DNA of 64,000 bases. Origin: the human T2T-CHM13v2.0 reference genome, Homo sapiens. Each line of letters begins with the position of its first letter. Positions within the stretch are counted from its first letter, which is position 1. Location: assembly GCF_009914755.1 (NCBI RefSeq), contig NC_060935.1. One strand, given 5' to 3'. This document shows, piece after piece, positions 31,208-50,513 of this stretch. The position numbers were made by a program, and so were the translations under genes. The notes beneath the pieces are model-generated. The model saw only the letters and a list, made by a program, of their open reading frames with translations. It did not search any database and had not been told where the DNA came from.

Positions 31208-31788
31208 ACAGCTCTGCCTTCTTAGACCCTATACTAAGCTGCCTGAAGAAGTCTGCATGCAGGAAAATGATGCATCTGAAATAATTTCAAATAACAACAA
31301 GGTTTTGTAAACTACTTTCGCTTTAGCCCCAAGACACTTTCCCATGGTGGTGACTTCTTGTCAATCCCCAATAAGTAAAAATCTCCAAATGTTGACAAAT
31401 AAAGAGAAGTTCATTGTGATTGCTCAGCACGACGCTTCAGCGAAGTGACGACCGGCATCAGGTAGTTAGCAGTCACGCTTCACAAGCTTCCGTGAGAGCT
31501 TCTCACATGCTCAGCCTCTGGCCGAGCATGTGAGAAGGGCAGGGTGAGACATGCAGAAACTCTGGGGCCCCCTGCTCCCCTAGAGTTCGTGAAAGAAGCA
31601 GAGCAGCTCCTCAACCTACATGAGATCATGTTTAGTACAATTGAAACCCAAGCGAGTAATACCCAGCATAGGTTAGCATTTGAGCTATTTCCTGCCCACA
31701 TGGAAATTACATTTAGGAAAAACTATTGAATGATGCCGTAAGAGACCCCATTTTGTGATATTATTCATTTCTATTTGGAAACAGCAAC

Positions 31789-32334
31789 TCAAACAATTCT
31801 GAACATAGGGTCAGCATGGTGGCTGGTGGTTGCTATCATGGAGGAAACTTTTCCAGGGTTATTCTTGGTCTCAGCTTTATCAGGGTACAGAAGAGACTGC
31901 AGGTAGTTAATGTACTTGATCGCAGCTCTGAGGGTTTCCACTTTGCTGAGTCGCTTCTCCAAATACTCCTCTGGCAGATGATGGCGGAGCTGGGCGTAGC
32001 CTTCATTGACACATTTCACCCGCTGCCTTTCCCGCTCATTCCTTTTCCGGGTGAAGGCTGGCCCGTAGGAGTACTCGCACCCTCTGTAATTTGGATAAGG
32101 CATCGGGAAAGAGAAGGGGCAGGGTTCACTGTAATTGCCCAGGATAAGAGAGTCGCTGGGAAAAGGCAGCAGTGGCAGCTCCTCAGAGTAAGGGGATGAC
32201 ACCGGGGCCTCTGGGTGCACGTGGAAAGTGACCATGGGCTCCAGATAGAAGGACCTGGTCAGTGGCAAGCGGGCAGAATCAGGGAAGATAGGAAGTTTGT
32301 CAGGTAGACTAGAGTTGCCTCTGTTGTCCATCAT
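31789..32334 (-). CDS. ASCL3: Achaete-scute family bHLH transcription factor 3 (181 aa; 180 aa from the second ATG at 32331)
   Basis: bHLH KRNERERQRVKCVNEGYAQLRHHLP...KRLSKVETLRAAIKYINYLQSLL; single coding exon with acceptor ttgcag|G at 32347/32346. Confidence 0.97.
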   Translation of the reverse strand: MMDNRGNSSLPDKLPIFPDSARLPLTRSFYLEPMVTFHVHPEAPVSSPYSEELPLLPFPSDSLILGNYSEPCPFSFPMPYPNYRGCEYSYGPAFTRKRNERERQRVKCVNEGYAQLRHHLPEEYLEKRLSKVETLRAAIKYINYLQSLLYPDKAETKNNPGKVSSMIATTSHHADPMFRIV

Positions 32335-32368
32335 TTCCTCTTTAACCTGCAAACATAACCAAGTTTAA

Positions 32369-32721
<353 letters not shown>

Positions 32722-32972
32722 GGAGATCAATGTTTTAAAGACTTTTCTGCTTTGATGACCAATTTCTGAGCTCATGTGGACAATGAGATGGTGTTATAAT
32801 ATTCTGTGTGTAGTAAGAGGATTTTTGATGGTACACAGAAACAGCACTAAATAACATTGAATCACCTTATGAGAAAGTTATTCTCCTTCCGTTCTTTTTC
32901 AATCCTTGTGGTTATAAAGATACAACCTTAGTCTGCTGAGAATGTGTCTTCCACACCACACCACTAGAATTC

Positions 32973-33278
32973 TTTTTTTTTTTTTTTTTTCCTTTGAGAC
33001 AGGGTGTGGCTCTGTCACCCAGGCTGGAGTGCAGTGGTGTGATCATGGCTCACTAGAGCCTTAGCCTCCCAGGTTCATCAATCCTCCTGCCTCAGCCACC
33101 TGAGTAGCTGGGACCATACGTGGCCATCACCACGCCTGGCTAAGTTTTGTATGTTTTTGTAGAGCCAGGGTCTTGCCATGTTGCCCAGGCTGGTCTCAAA
33201 TTCCTGAGCTCAAGCAACCCGCCTGCCTCAGCCTCTCCAACTGCTGGGATTACACACAGGAAGCCACCGTGCCTGGCC
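32973..33278 (-). mobile_element. AluJ-like
   Basis: Antisense Alu body. Confidence 0.85.
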
Positions 33279-33414
33279 TAGAATGCTTTCTAATCCTCCT
33301 AAGATCAAAGCCTTCAACAAGCAATAGCGTCTAGTTAGAATTCAGTGTCTTTACTAACTTCTATTTATTGTGAGTTCTAGTAATTTCACATTTATGGTAG
33401 CGACATAAAGTTCC

Positions 33415-33711
33415 TTTTTTTCTTTTTTTGAGACAGAGTCTCGCGTTGTTGCCTGGGCTGGAGTGCAGTGGCACGATCTCGGCTCACTGCAACCTCTGCC
33501 CCCCCGGGTTCAAGTGATTCTCCTGCCTCAGCCTCCCAAGTAGCTGGGATTACAGGTGCCCGCCACCACGCCCAGCTAATTTTTTGTATTTTTAGTAGAG
33601 ACGGGGTTTCATTACGTTGGCCAGGCTGGTCTCAAACTCCTGACCTCATGATCCACCCGCCTTGGCCTCCCAAAGTGCTGGGATTACAGGTGTGAGCCAC
33701 TGTGCCCGGCC
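33415..33711 (-). mobile_element. AluS-like
   Basis: Antisense Alu body. Confidence 0.88.
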
Positions 33712-34139
33712 ATAAGGTTTGTCTTAAAACTAAATCTACTTGAGTAAGAAACGTGATTTGATTTAAAGACAAAGAGTGAGTAAATAATAGTACAGGTGGA
33801 ACAAAGATATAATGGTGATCGTGAAGACATGCAAATAAAAAAAGTGTGGGAAAGGCTGAAACACCAAAATACTCAAATATATGCAAGGGAAATTATGAAT
33901 TAGTTAATGATCATGCAACCTCAGAGGCATAGCCTTCTTAAAGAATACCTGATGTGCTAGAGGCAAAACCAAAAATACAAATAAAAAAGGAATCATTTGC
34001 TCTTAAATGTTCACTATGGGACTCCTTTAGGTGAGAAACTTCCCCTACACATTTAAAACATAGTCAATATACAAGTTTTTACATATGTAGAACTGTAAAT
34101 ATATTGAGTAAAGTGCAGCTATGTTTAGGTTTTTAAATT

Positions 34140-34448
34140 TTTTTATTTATTTTATATTTTTATTTTTAGAGGAGGTGTTTTGTTCTGTCAGCCAGGCTGG
34201 AGTGCAGTAATGTGATCATGGCTTACTGCAATCTCAAACTGCTGGGTTCAAGTGATCCTCCTACCTCAGCCTTCTGAGTAGCTAGGACTGCAGGTGTGCA
34301 CTACCATGCCTGGCTTTTTTTTTTTTTTGTAGAGATGGGGTCTTGCCTTGATGCCCAGGCTGATTTTAAACCTCCTAGCTTCAAAAGATCTTCCCACGTC
34401 AGCCTCCCACAGCACTGGGATTACAGGCATGAGCCACTTCACCCAGCC
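34140..34448 (-). mobile_element. AluJ-like
   Basis: Antisense Alu body. Confidence 0.82.
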
Positions 34449-34689
34449 TATAGTTAAGTTTTGTTGGTTTTTGTGTGTGTGTGTTTTTGTAGAACTCAAG
34501 GATGAAGCAGTATAACCCAAGAGGTTCCACACCAACGCATTTCTTCTTTGTGAATAGGTCTATATCCTTCTCCTGTTTTAAACTACTGTTACTTTTTGCC
34601 TCTGCCTGTAATCATGTAGCAACAACAGATTTTACAGAGCCACTGCAGTGTAACCGGTTAACTTGGAGGCGGGGGGAGAAAGAGCTTTT

Positions 34690-34850
34690 TCTCTCAGTCA
34701 TAACACCCTCAGGTTTCAATATGGCCTTACCCCTTCCTAGCTATGTGTCCTTAGGCAAGTGTCTTAACCTCTCTGAGCTTTCGCTTTCCCCATGTCCAAA
34801 TGAGCTACTAACTATTCTGCAGGGTGGTTGTGAGGATAAAGTGAAAAAAC
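34690..34850 (+). mobile_element. MIR
   Basis: ctagctatgtgtccttaggcaagtgtcttaacctctctgagc core. Confidence 0.7.
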
Positions 34851-34852
34851 TA

Positions 34853-35178
34853 CAGTTGACCCTCCATATTGGTGAGCTCCACATCTGTGTATTCAACCAA
34901 CTATGGGTGGAAAATATTCAGGGGGAAGAAAGGGATGGCAGCATGGGTACTAAATAAGTACTGACATTTTTTCTTGGCATTATCCTCTAAACAATACAGT
35001 GTAACAACTATTTGTATAGAATGTGCATTGCATTAGGTATTATAAGTAACACAGAGATGATTGAAAGTGTTTGAGAGGGTGTGTGTAGGTTCCATGCAAG
35101 TGCTACGTTATTTTCTGTAAGGGAGTTGGACCTCTGTGGATTTTGTTATCCGAAGGGGAGTCCTAAACCCAACCCCCC
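34853..35178. mobile_element. TcMar-Tigger MITE (MER2/Tigger3-like)
   Basis: TA|cagttgaccctcc terminus; aaacaatacagtgtaacaacta..cattgcattaggtattataagtaa body. Confidence 0.75.
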
Positions 35179-35514
35179 AGGTACAGAGGAGTGACCGTGC
35201 CTATAATGCACCCAGCATTTGCCTCTTTCCTTTCTTTAGAGATGAATGAATCCTTATGTAGCGTTCCTTTCTAAACTGCACCTTATAGAAAACCTGGTTT
35301 ATGTTTTCCTTAACACTGTAGAGTCACAGCACTGATCTATCCTAAACACACATGTTGAGAGATGAGGAACATACCTAAAATGGAGAAGGGAAAGCAGCTT
35401 GAAGTCTAATTGTGGGCCTCCATCAAAGAAGGAAATATGGTGTTAATTTCTCAGCAGGTTGATTTTTCAGCATCTTTAGGAGTGAGGGGTTATTATCTGT
35501 GCTTGGCATACTAA

Positions 35515-35521
35515 ACACACA

Positions 35522-35556
<35 letters not shown>
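35515..35556. repeat. (CA)n microsatellite
   Basis: About 20 units with one interruption. Confidence 0.95.
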
Positions 35557-37172
35557 CAGTCCTAATGTTTAGGGCAAGATTAGATAATATTGGCACTTGT
35601 TTCTCTACCTGAATACAGCAAAAACTCAGCAGGCTGCACTGTGTAGTGGGAGGAGCAGCCCCTAAGACCAGAATTCAAGTATGAAGGTCAGGGGACTAGG
35701 GAAACAGCAAGGGCAGCAGGGGCAGGGGTGCCGGGAGGGAGGAGTGCCAGGGTTAAAGGCTATAGTAAGCCATGGTGAAAGAGGCTGGAAAAGAAGTCAA
35801 TGCCAGGAAAAGCTCTTCTTAAAAGCGACGGGGTGGTGGGATGAGATAAGTGGGATAGCTCCAATTAAAAATCGAAACAGAGGAACAGGAAATGAAAGAT
35901 TCCAAATTACTGACCAAATGACCTAAGATAACTAACAAAACAAAAATCTCTGGAAAACTAAAAACTAGCCAGGATTCTGTCAAAAAGAAAAAGTTACTGA
36001 GAGAAACAAGTTAGGAAATTCCCAAGCCAGGAATTCTAGAGGGTAAGAGAGAAAGAACGGGTATGGCAGAAGCTGCAAAATGGTGGCAAATGGGTGTGGA
36101 GCCCGTATTACTGCACTTCCGACAACAGCAGAGCCATATTGTTGCCTGTAGTTAACAAGCTGGAATTAACAGGCTACCAAAAAGTAAAGCAGATGTCATC
36201 AAACCTAACTATACAAAAATCGTTCTTTTGGTGATGGTTTTACCCTAAAAGACCATTTAAACAATATCTTAAATCTTGACCCAGATGAAATCTGAGTAAT
36301 TTGTATATGCCACAAGTAATTAAAACTTTCTAGGTTTTAACAATATTTTCGTAATTCTTGAAAAAAGAGCATGGTGTCTCTGGAGGCACATTGATGAGAA
36401 GTTTTTTTCTGTTGAGCATTTCCAATAAGTTCACCAATCAATGTACTAGCATTTAAATATGATCACCTTTTATTCAAAGAAGAAAATTTAAGGCAACAGA
36501 GTGAGAAAATGAAATAAAATGCAGCAACAAGGAGAATCAAGATAGAAAGCCTAGTGGGGTCTGGATGTGTTTGTAGGAATTGAGTGTAAGTTTTTAAAAG
36601 AAAGCAACACAGATTGGTAGTGCTGGGGCTCCATGGTTCCAGATACAGACACAGCTAACAAACACACCTATGTTGGGAAAATCTCAGATTCTGCCTTAGA
36701 GCGATTCTGGGAAATAAATGATGAGGTCTTAATGATAAAATTGTAAGAGATTCTGGATGCTCTGCTGAGCATAAAAGCTTCAAATTTCAGAGATATAAAA
36801 GATATGTAGCATGTAAAAAATAAAAAGCTACAACTGCCGATATAATTGAATTATGGAATGTTAGAGCTAGAAGGAAACTTAAAACTTCCTCATAGGTTGT
36901 GATATGTTGCTAAGGTTACAAAGCTAGTAGCAGAGCAGGGGCCAGAACCTAGTGTCCCAACTTCCAAATCAAAACTCCTTCTGCTCTTCTAGATGATTTA
37001 ATTGCCAGCAAAACCTGGATCTTCCATTATATGGGGAATAATTAGTAGTTTGAAATAATGGAATAATCCGATAGCTGACAAAATTCAGTATTTATCAACT
37101 GTACCTAGGGATTTTCTTAAAAATCATGTTCTTATTCTTCCCCACGGGCCACTCTGGAGAATAGTCTCTTAC

Positions 37173-37231
37173 CTGAGTTTTGTCGTCAGGATGCTGTATT
37201 TTGGGCTGAGTTGGACTTAACCTGATTTATA
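37173..37231 (-). promoter_or_regulatory. ASCL3: ASCL3 TATA box and short non-coding exon 1
   Basis: TATAAA on - at 37231-37226; strong donor CAG|gtaaga at 37173/37172, about 30 nt beyond the predicted TSS (about 37200). Confidence 0.7.
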
Positions 37232-37568
37232 GGTGATCATTTAATAACAATATGCAAAGTAGCTTACAGTTAAACAGAACTGCTCAGTTCTGGTTTGGCT
37301 GTTTTTCCTATCCAATGTGTAGATATGACAACAGATAACCATACTAAATAGAAAGGCGTGCTTACAAAACTGGATACTTGTAACAAATTCTTTTGTTTAA
37401 AGAATGTCCCCCATTCTTCTGGGTTATATGATATTATATCAAAATTATTTATGGAGCAATAGACTCATAATGTGCAAATATTGGCCAGTATTCTTTTAGA
37501 TAGAGGTTAAGGCCAGAACTAGGAAGGTCAATACGAACTTACATCTTTTTTTTACTTTTTATTTTTTT

Positions 37569-37654
37569 AAAGCCAGTCGGATTTAGCAGTGGGGACTTTA
37601 GTGACACGAATGTGGATGTTAAATTCTGATAACCCAGTATCATAGGAACTAGCC
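37569..37654 (-). pseudogene. Y4 RNA (RNY4) retropseudogene
   Basis: Minus strand reads GGCTAGTTCCTATGATACTGGGTTATCAGAA...GTGTCACTAAAGT-CCCCACTGCTAAATCCGACTGGCTTT plus A-tail (37546-37568), matching hY4 with an internal deletion of about 12 nt. Confidence 0.9.
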
Positions 37655-37749
37655 AATACCTTTTTCTTAAATAGCCATTTTATTTTTTCTTCTTAAGTAT
37701 ACTTTTATCTTTTTAAAAATATAAATATTAGAAGCATTCCTTCTCTCCT

Positions 37750-41070
<3,321 letters not shown>

Positions 41071-41494
41071 AAATTAAATTTTTTAATACTAACAATAAAA
41101 TTGATAATTTATATATTTGTAGGTGCTTAAAATTTTACTAAACCCCAAAATCCCATTAATGGCTCCTAAAACCTCACTTTTATGAATTTAATTCTGATTT
41201 TTTTGGGCCAAGAATTTCTCAGAACAAGTACTCCTTCAGGAATTTGAAATCTCCCAATTTATCAAAATATTAGTATACTTTTCAGAGATCCACCCCCAAA
41301 TTCATATATTCTGTCTATACATGCAAACACATAATTTACACCAATATTTTACGGTTAGATTGGTATAAAACAGTAGTCTCAGAACAGGGTACAAAATGTC
41401 TTTATATCTTCAATCTCATTATACAGCAAAAGAGGGAGGAGGAAAAAACTAGGAGACATAGATAGATACACTGATGGATGTTTCAAAAATTATT

Positions 41495-42254
41495 TTTATT
41501 GTTACATTCCAAAGAGGAAGAAAAAAGCCAGTTATCCAATAATGGTTAGACCTTTCAGAAGAGGCACCCACAACCCCAGCCCTAGTTCAAAGCTGCACAC
41601 ATTGGAGCTCAAACAGCTGCCTCTCACCACGACCGGAAATGCTGACAAATGTGTATATATTATCAATCCAGGGAGGCTTGGGTTTAAAATAAAATTTCTT
41701 TATTGCAAGTGTCCAAGTCCTTAGGATTTGTCCTTAAAGGTACTAGAAGATGAGTAAGACCACACACACCAAGACTATGTTTAGTCTTTAGAGTAAACTA
41801 GCAAATGGCCAGTTTGTTCTAGGATGCATTGCATCAGACATCACAGTACATGAAGAAAATCTGCTTTTTGTGAAAAGCCACCAGGCATTTTAGATCCCGT
41901 TTACCATGAAGTGCAGACACAGCAGATACCCAGATAATACAGTCAGTGCAAAAGTCAAATGAGTAAGTCAGCTCTTTGATGAGGCTGGCTACACTGCAAA
42001 ATATAAATGAAACTCGAAAATAGAAGGTAAGGTCTATTTACAAAAGTTTGTTTAGTAAAGTGACTTGAAAAAAGTTGTTAACCACTTCCCAGGCATCCCT
42101 CCCCTCTCCCACCAAAACAAACAAACAAAAAACAACAACAACAAAAACCCTGAAAATTATCTTGAAAGTCAAGTTAAAACTATGTGGTGAAAAAGAGAGT
42201 GCTTGTTCCAGGTAAAGGACTTCAAGATAATTTACAGGCAGATTTATTTTTATT
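41495..42254 (-). terminator. TMEM9B: TMEM9B tandem poly(A) signals
   Basis: AATAAA on - at 42249-42254, 42243-42248, 41699-41704 and 41495-41500. Confidence 0.7.
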
Positions 42255-42495
42255 AGTAAAAGTCACAAATAGGAAAAGACTTATTGGCTGACTTTGAGCT
42301 GTGTGCTTTTAAAAATGTCTCTATTATTACGTTAACAAGAAAAAAAAATCAAGCAAGTTTTTGCTTCCAGTTTTGAATCTTCCAGCAACAGTTGGTGAAA
42401 TCAACAAGGTATTAAAATGAAACCCAGCAAAACCCAGTCAGTTCTTTCCAGTTGTCTGCCTGTTTCTTTCTAGTCACCTTGAATTCAATTCCCAA

Positions 42496-42651
<156 letters not shown>

Positions 42652-44007
42652 CTAAAAGTCCAGGAATGGAGAACATTAGAGATGGCACAGTCAGTGTAAA
42701 ACATAGACACAAAACAGTGACCAGCCCGCCACAGAAATAGGGGTAGGTGGACTTTTCAAACAACAGAGCATCTATTTAGCTAAGCACTCCTAAGCGCTCA
42801 ACTACCAGATAGAGTATGAACTCAAGTACAGACCTAGGTGGTTCAAGAAACATAAGCGATGACAGAGTATTTGTGAAACGTTCCCATGGATTGCCATTTC
42901 CAAAGATATTTCCCTTAAAGAAGTGGAGACCAAGCAAAAGACAGTGGTCATTTGTGTTAAAGAGAAGCCTTCCTTAACTGATAGGGAAAAGAAAATCTAT
43001 TTTCATGTTAACATCTCTCCATGTTATAGATATGGAAAGTAGGGTCTTTCCTTGCTTTATTCGATACTATAAAGCTAATCTGTGGCAGAGGAAAGATCTG
43101 TCTTTTAATTTCCTGTCTCCATTAGAATTGTTTTCTTGCCAGCTTGGGGCCACATCACTCTGGGAGGGTGAGCGACAGAGTCTTATCTTGGGTTGTTTTT
43201 AATCTCTCCCTGTACCCTCAACACACACACTAAATGGATTAGCTTCCAAAAGCTTCCTCATTTCCCCACTTCCCCAATGTGTAATGAAAAGAGACACAGC
43301 TCAAGTGCTACAATCACCCTCTCTATTCAACAAAGATTGAATCTTCCATTGTTAAGCACCCAGTGGCTTCCATGTAAGTTGCTGCCTTGGGAAAGAGGCT
43401 ATTGAAGGGTTGCCCAGGTATCTGTATAGAAAACCAACCTAACCTGGTCAAAGTAAACGAGTACAACTGGATGTTTGTAGTCATTACACAGGAAACCACC
43501 ATGCTAATCTATCTATGAATGAGATATAAACACAGCTGTCTAAATGACAAAAAGCATTCAATAGTAATTTATTGCTTTTGTTTGCCTTTTCCTTGATCTC
43601 TTTTTCTTGAACCCCGTGTTAGCAAAGCTTCTCAATGTTCCAACAGAAGATCCAAGTCACAAGTTGTACCTCTTATACTAAACTTTGCCTCTAGGAGAGA
43701 AACAACATTATTTTGCTGTGCATGTTTGAAAAAGCTCTATTATATATCCAGGGCAGGAGTCAGCATGTATATGGAAAGCTATATACATAACCACATAACT
43801 ATATATACAACTATAATTATAGGAGTTAGAACACCTGGTCTTGTTTTTATAGCAAGGCATTTATACAATGTCTACATTTGAAAGATATCAAAGAGTTTTT
43901 ATAAAGAATCTTTCCTCCTCTTCTTTGTCAAAATTCCTTCAACTTTTCACTTTATTTAGGTAATGGCTTGTACAAATCCTAAAACTCAAGTTATTTAAAA
44001 AGTGGAT

Positions 44008-44220
44008 TTTTTTTTTTTAAAGAGATGGGGTCTCACTATATTGCCCAGACTGGCCATGAACTTAATTTTTTTTTTTTTTTGAAATAGGGTCTACCCATGT
44101 TGCCCAGGCTGGAAGGCAGGGGCTATTCACAGGTGTGATCACAGCTCACTGCAGCCTTGAACTCCTGGCCTCAAGTGATCCTCCTGCCTCAGCGTCCCAA
44201 GTAGCTGGGACCTATAGCCT
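44008..44220 (-). mobile_element. Alu fragment plus FLAM-like monomer
   Basis: Poly-T plus Alu motifs. Confidence 0.75.
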
Positions 44221-45643
44221 ATTTTTAAACTTTTAACCTTACAAATGAAAATAATAAAGGCAATTTCATGAGGCTTAAAATGTTTTAAAAAATGTAAGAA
44301 AAAAGCTAAAAAAGAAAAAAAAAAAGGAGGCAGGCTAAAGTTATAGAATTGCTTGATTTTCCATTATGGCAATAAATTGACCCAAGGTCATTTAACAAAT
44401 TAGCATAAAGACTAAAACTTAGCCTGCCTAACCCTGACTTGGTGTTATATTGTCTCAAAACAGATTTTGGTCAGGTAGATTAAAATGACACTATAAGAAT
44501 ATGGTGCTTCAGTGAATTTGTGTATAAAATATCATCCCCTGAGTCAAGGACCAGAGGAGGAAAATATTATCACCATTGGTTTGTTTTGACATAAGCAATA
44601 CTGGGAAGAAGGATGTACTTGATCAGCAGAGGACCTCTCAGTTGCCTAGTGCTGTTATCTATTCTTCAAGGTAGGGGAGAAAAATCTTCTTAAGGAACAA
44701 GTTCAAAAGACTAAACAAACCAGCTAATCCTTTGGGTCTGCTCTCTATCCATCAGAACGAGATTGAACTAGCTGCTCATGGTCACAGATGCTGGGGGAAT
44801 GCAAATAGAGATTTACCCTTTTTATGTTTGTTCTTTTCACACCTGATAAAATTACAATAAATACAAAACATGTTTTACTGTAATGCTTTGGTAATAACGA
44901 TGATGTGTCATGGATATATGATATAGTAAATATTGTGACTACTTGCAGTGAGCTTAACTATTTGTACTCACTTTTATTTGCTTTAAAATGCTCTACACTG
45001 AACAAAAACAGAAAAAATGAAAACTGATAGTTCAACAAAAACATTTTTAAAGTATATAAATAGTGCAGAACTCACATCTTGGATAAGCAACAGTTTTAAA
45101 AATTAAAATTCACTTATTTTTGTAGAGTTGTTACCATAAATTCACAGCTCTGGTCAGAAAACCTCTCTGCCTAGAATCAGTTTAAAAGACATCCAAGAGT
45201 CAGCCAGGCCTCACAGAGACAGTGTTCTCAAATAGTCAATACACAAGCAGAATCAATCACTGGTGGACAAAACAATTACTGAGCATGTGATCCCACCAAT
45301 TAAATGCCTGCCCTACATGTTTTCATCTCTACATCCATTTCTCTTATGTTTTGTGTTATTATATTGTCTATTTCTGAAATCAGGAACAGATATTTAACGC
45401 TGTAAAGGAAGGATGTCGTTTAAGACTTTCAACGTCTATGCCTATAGATGCACGAGCCATTCCAGGGTAAAAGGACTTTTGACTGGCTGGCAAGGGCTCA
45501 CTCTGGGTTTGGCTTTTGAATTGAACCTTAAAACTATTCTGAATTTTACCCATTTTAAGGAACATAGTCCAATATAATAATCCACGAGAAAAAGTAATTT
45601 CTAAAAAAATAATTATATATAATAATGAAAGAATGGAAAATTC

Positions 45644-46309
<666 letters not shown>

Positions 46310-46419
46310 CTACACTGAAAAACAGATTTGTGGACTAAGTCAATTTCTGGACATTTTTGAATAAACGAATATTAAAACAAAAAGGAGACCATGAAGCAAT
46401 TTATACAGATTATGCCAAC

Positions 46420-46420
<1 letters not shown>

Positions 46421-46461
<41 letters not shown>

Positions 46462-46525
46462 TGCTATATATATATATATAAACATATATAATGTACACAC
46501 GTGTGTGTGTGTGTGTGTGTGTGTG
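46421..46525. repeat. Compound (CA)n-(TA)n-(TG)n microsatellite
   Basis: Direct reading. Confidence 0.95.
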
Positions 46526-46597
46526 AGAGATTTAAAGACAGGAAGAGAATCTGGAGTGATGGTAGTCATGGTTTTATTTTTCTCTAAAGATCTCAGA

Positions 46598-46985
<388 letters not shown>

Positions 46986-47323
46986 TGATCTTCACACTTC
47001 CCTTGATGAAAACCTCTCTGCCTTCTAAAATATTTGGTGATATTGACAGAGAAGGTGTTTCAGGCAGGAGAGCTTGGAGAGAAAACCATCTCTGATACTT
47101 TTCTCAATGTAAACAGGGAATGGCAATAAAATTGTGCCTTTGGTACTGAAAGCAAGGCCCTGTATAGCATGCTCACCAAAGATCATCGTTTAAATCATCA
47201 CATTTATGGCTTCATCAAGCAATTTCTTCATAAAGAGGTATATACTGAAATCAGAGCTGTTTTTAGCTTCTCTAGTTGAGGATCTGCTTCAGCACGTGAA
47301 CATCTATATATGACTATTTTTCA

Positions 47324-47524
<201 letters not shown>

Positions 47525-47919
47525 CTAAAGGAAATTGAAAATTAAGTTACATCTTTGTTCAAGCCCATAAATCAGAACTTTGTATGATAATAGTAAAACT
47601 GACTGACATATCTGCTAAGCCTATAGGATTTCTATACAAACCAGATAGCAATATAAGAAATAAACTCAACTCTTCACCAAAGTATTATTTAAGAAAAAAG
47701 AGGAAAGATCTTTGGGATTTTTTTGCAAGTCTTCAAGACTCCAACTTCACCTACTGCTAATCACCTGTCACCACTGCTAGCACAGCAGTTTGTTTCTTTT
47801 CCCAGCTGAACATAATGTCCTAAATTCAGCTACTCTTTAGCTCAATTTAGATATACAAAAGTATTTTCTAGGCCGGTGATTTTTTCTTGTGACCTTAATT
47901 CATGTACTGAGAAAAAGTA

Positions 47920-48890
<971 letters not shown>

Positions 48891-49055
48891 TACAGTGAGG
48901 ATTTATCTAAAGTTCAGCACCCTGCTGGAGCAAGAGCTCTTCCACGGGGTCAATCACAGCAGAAATGTTTGTGACTATTATAACTAACCACCCCACATTC
49001 CCCACAGGGCCTTTTGGGGGGAAAGGAATGGGAAGTGCCATGTAAAAAAAATTTA

Positions 49056-49428
<373 letters not shown>

Positions 49429-49448
49429 CTACATCCCATTTACTACAG

Positions 49449-49982
49449 CAATACTCCACAACCTTTTTGGCACCAGGGACGGGACCAGTTTCATGGAAGA
49501 CAATTTTTTCATGGACCAGGGGTGGTAGGGGATGGTTTGGGTATGATTCTAGCACATTACATTTATTGTGCACTTTATTTCTATTATTATTACATTATAA
49601 TATATAATGAAATAATTATACAGTTCACCATAACATAGAATCAGTGGGAGCCCTGAGCTTGTTTTCCTGCAACTAGACGGTCCCATATGGGGGTGATGGG
49701 AGTCAGTGACAGATCATCAGGCATTAGATTCTCATTCTCATAAGGAGCATGCAGCCTAGATCCCTCACATGTGCAGTCCACAATAGAGTTCATGCTCCTA
49801 TGAGAATCTAATGCTGCTGCTCATCTGACAGGAGGTGGAGCTCAGGTGGTAATGCGAATGATGGGGAGCAGCTGTAAATAAGATGAAGCTTTGCTCACTT
49901 GCCCACTGCTCACCTCCTGCTGAGTGGCCCAGTTCCTAACAGACCACAGACTGGGCTGTGGCCTGGGGGCTGGGGACCACTG
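49449..49982. mobile_element. MER1A-like hAT-Charlie DNA transposon
   Basis: caacctttttggcaccagggac ... ggggaccactg termini; 8-bp TSD-like TACTACAG/TCCTACAG. Confidence 0.85.
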
Positions 49983-50267
49983 TCCTACAGGAAATGAAGA
50001 GGGGAAATCTTAAAATCCAGAAGTAATAGTTCTAGAATAATTACTATATATTTAATTTTTTCAAAGGGCTGGAAAGGCAAGGAGAGGAGGGCTTATAAAT
50101 GCTGCTCTCTCAGCCTCTGGCACACATGGCCTACACAGAAGCTGGGATATCTTTCTGGAATATGCTAATTACACATAGGGCATTTTTGTGCCATTTCACA
50201 TATCTATCTAACATACCCTAACTAATCCACAAACCATGTCAGTGAGGCAGGCAGAACAGGCCCATTA

Positions 50268-50513
<246 letters not shown>

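Noticed and set aside
32335-32352. N-terminal extension MQVKEE of ASCL3
   Set aside because: Starts at TTG in the intron, across the splice acceptor; the real start is the ATG at 32334 or 32331
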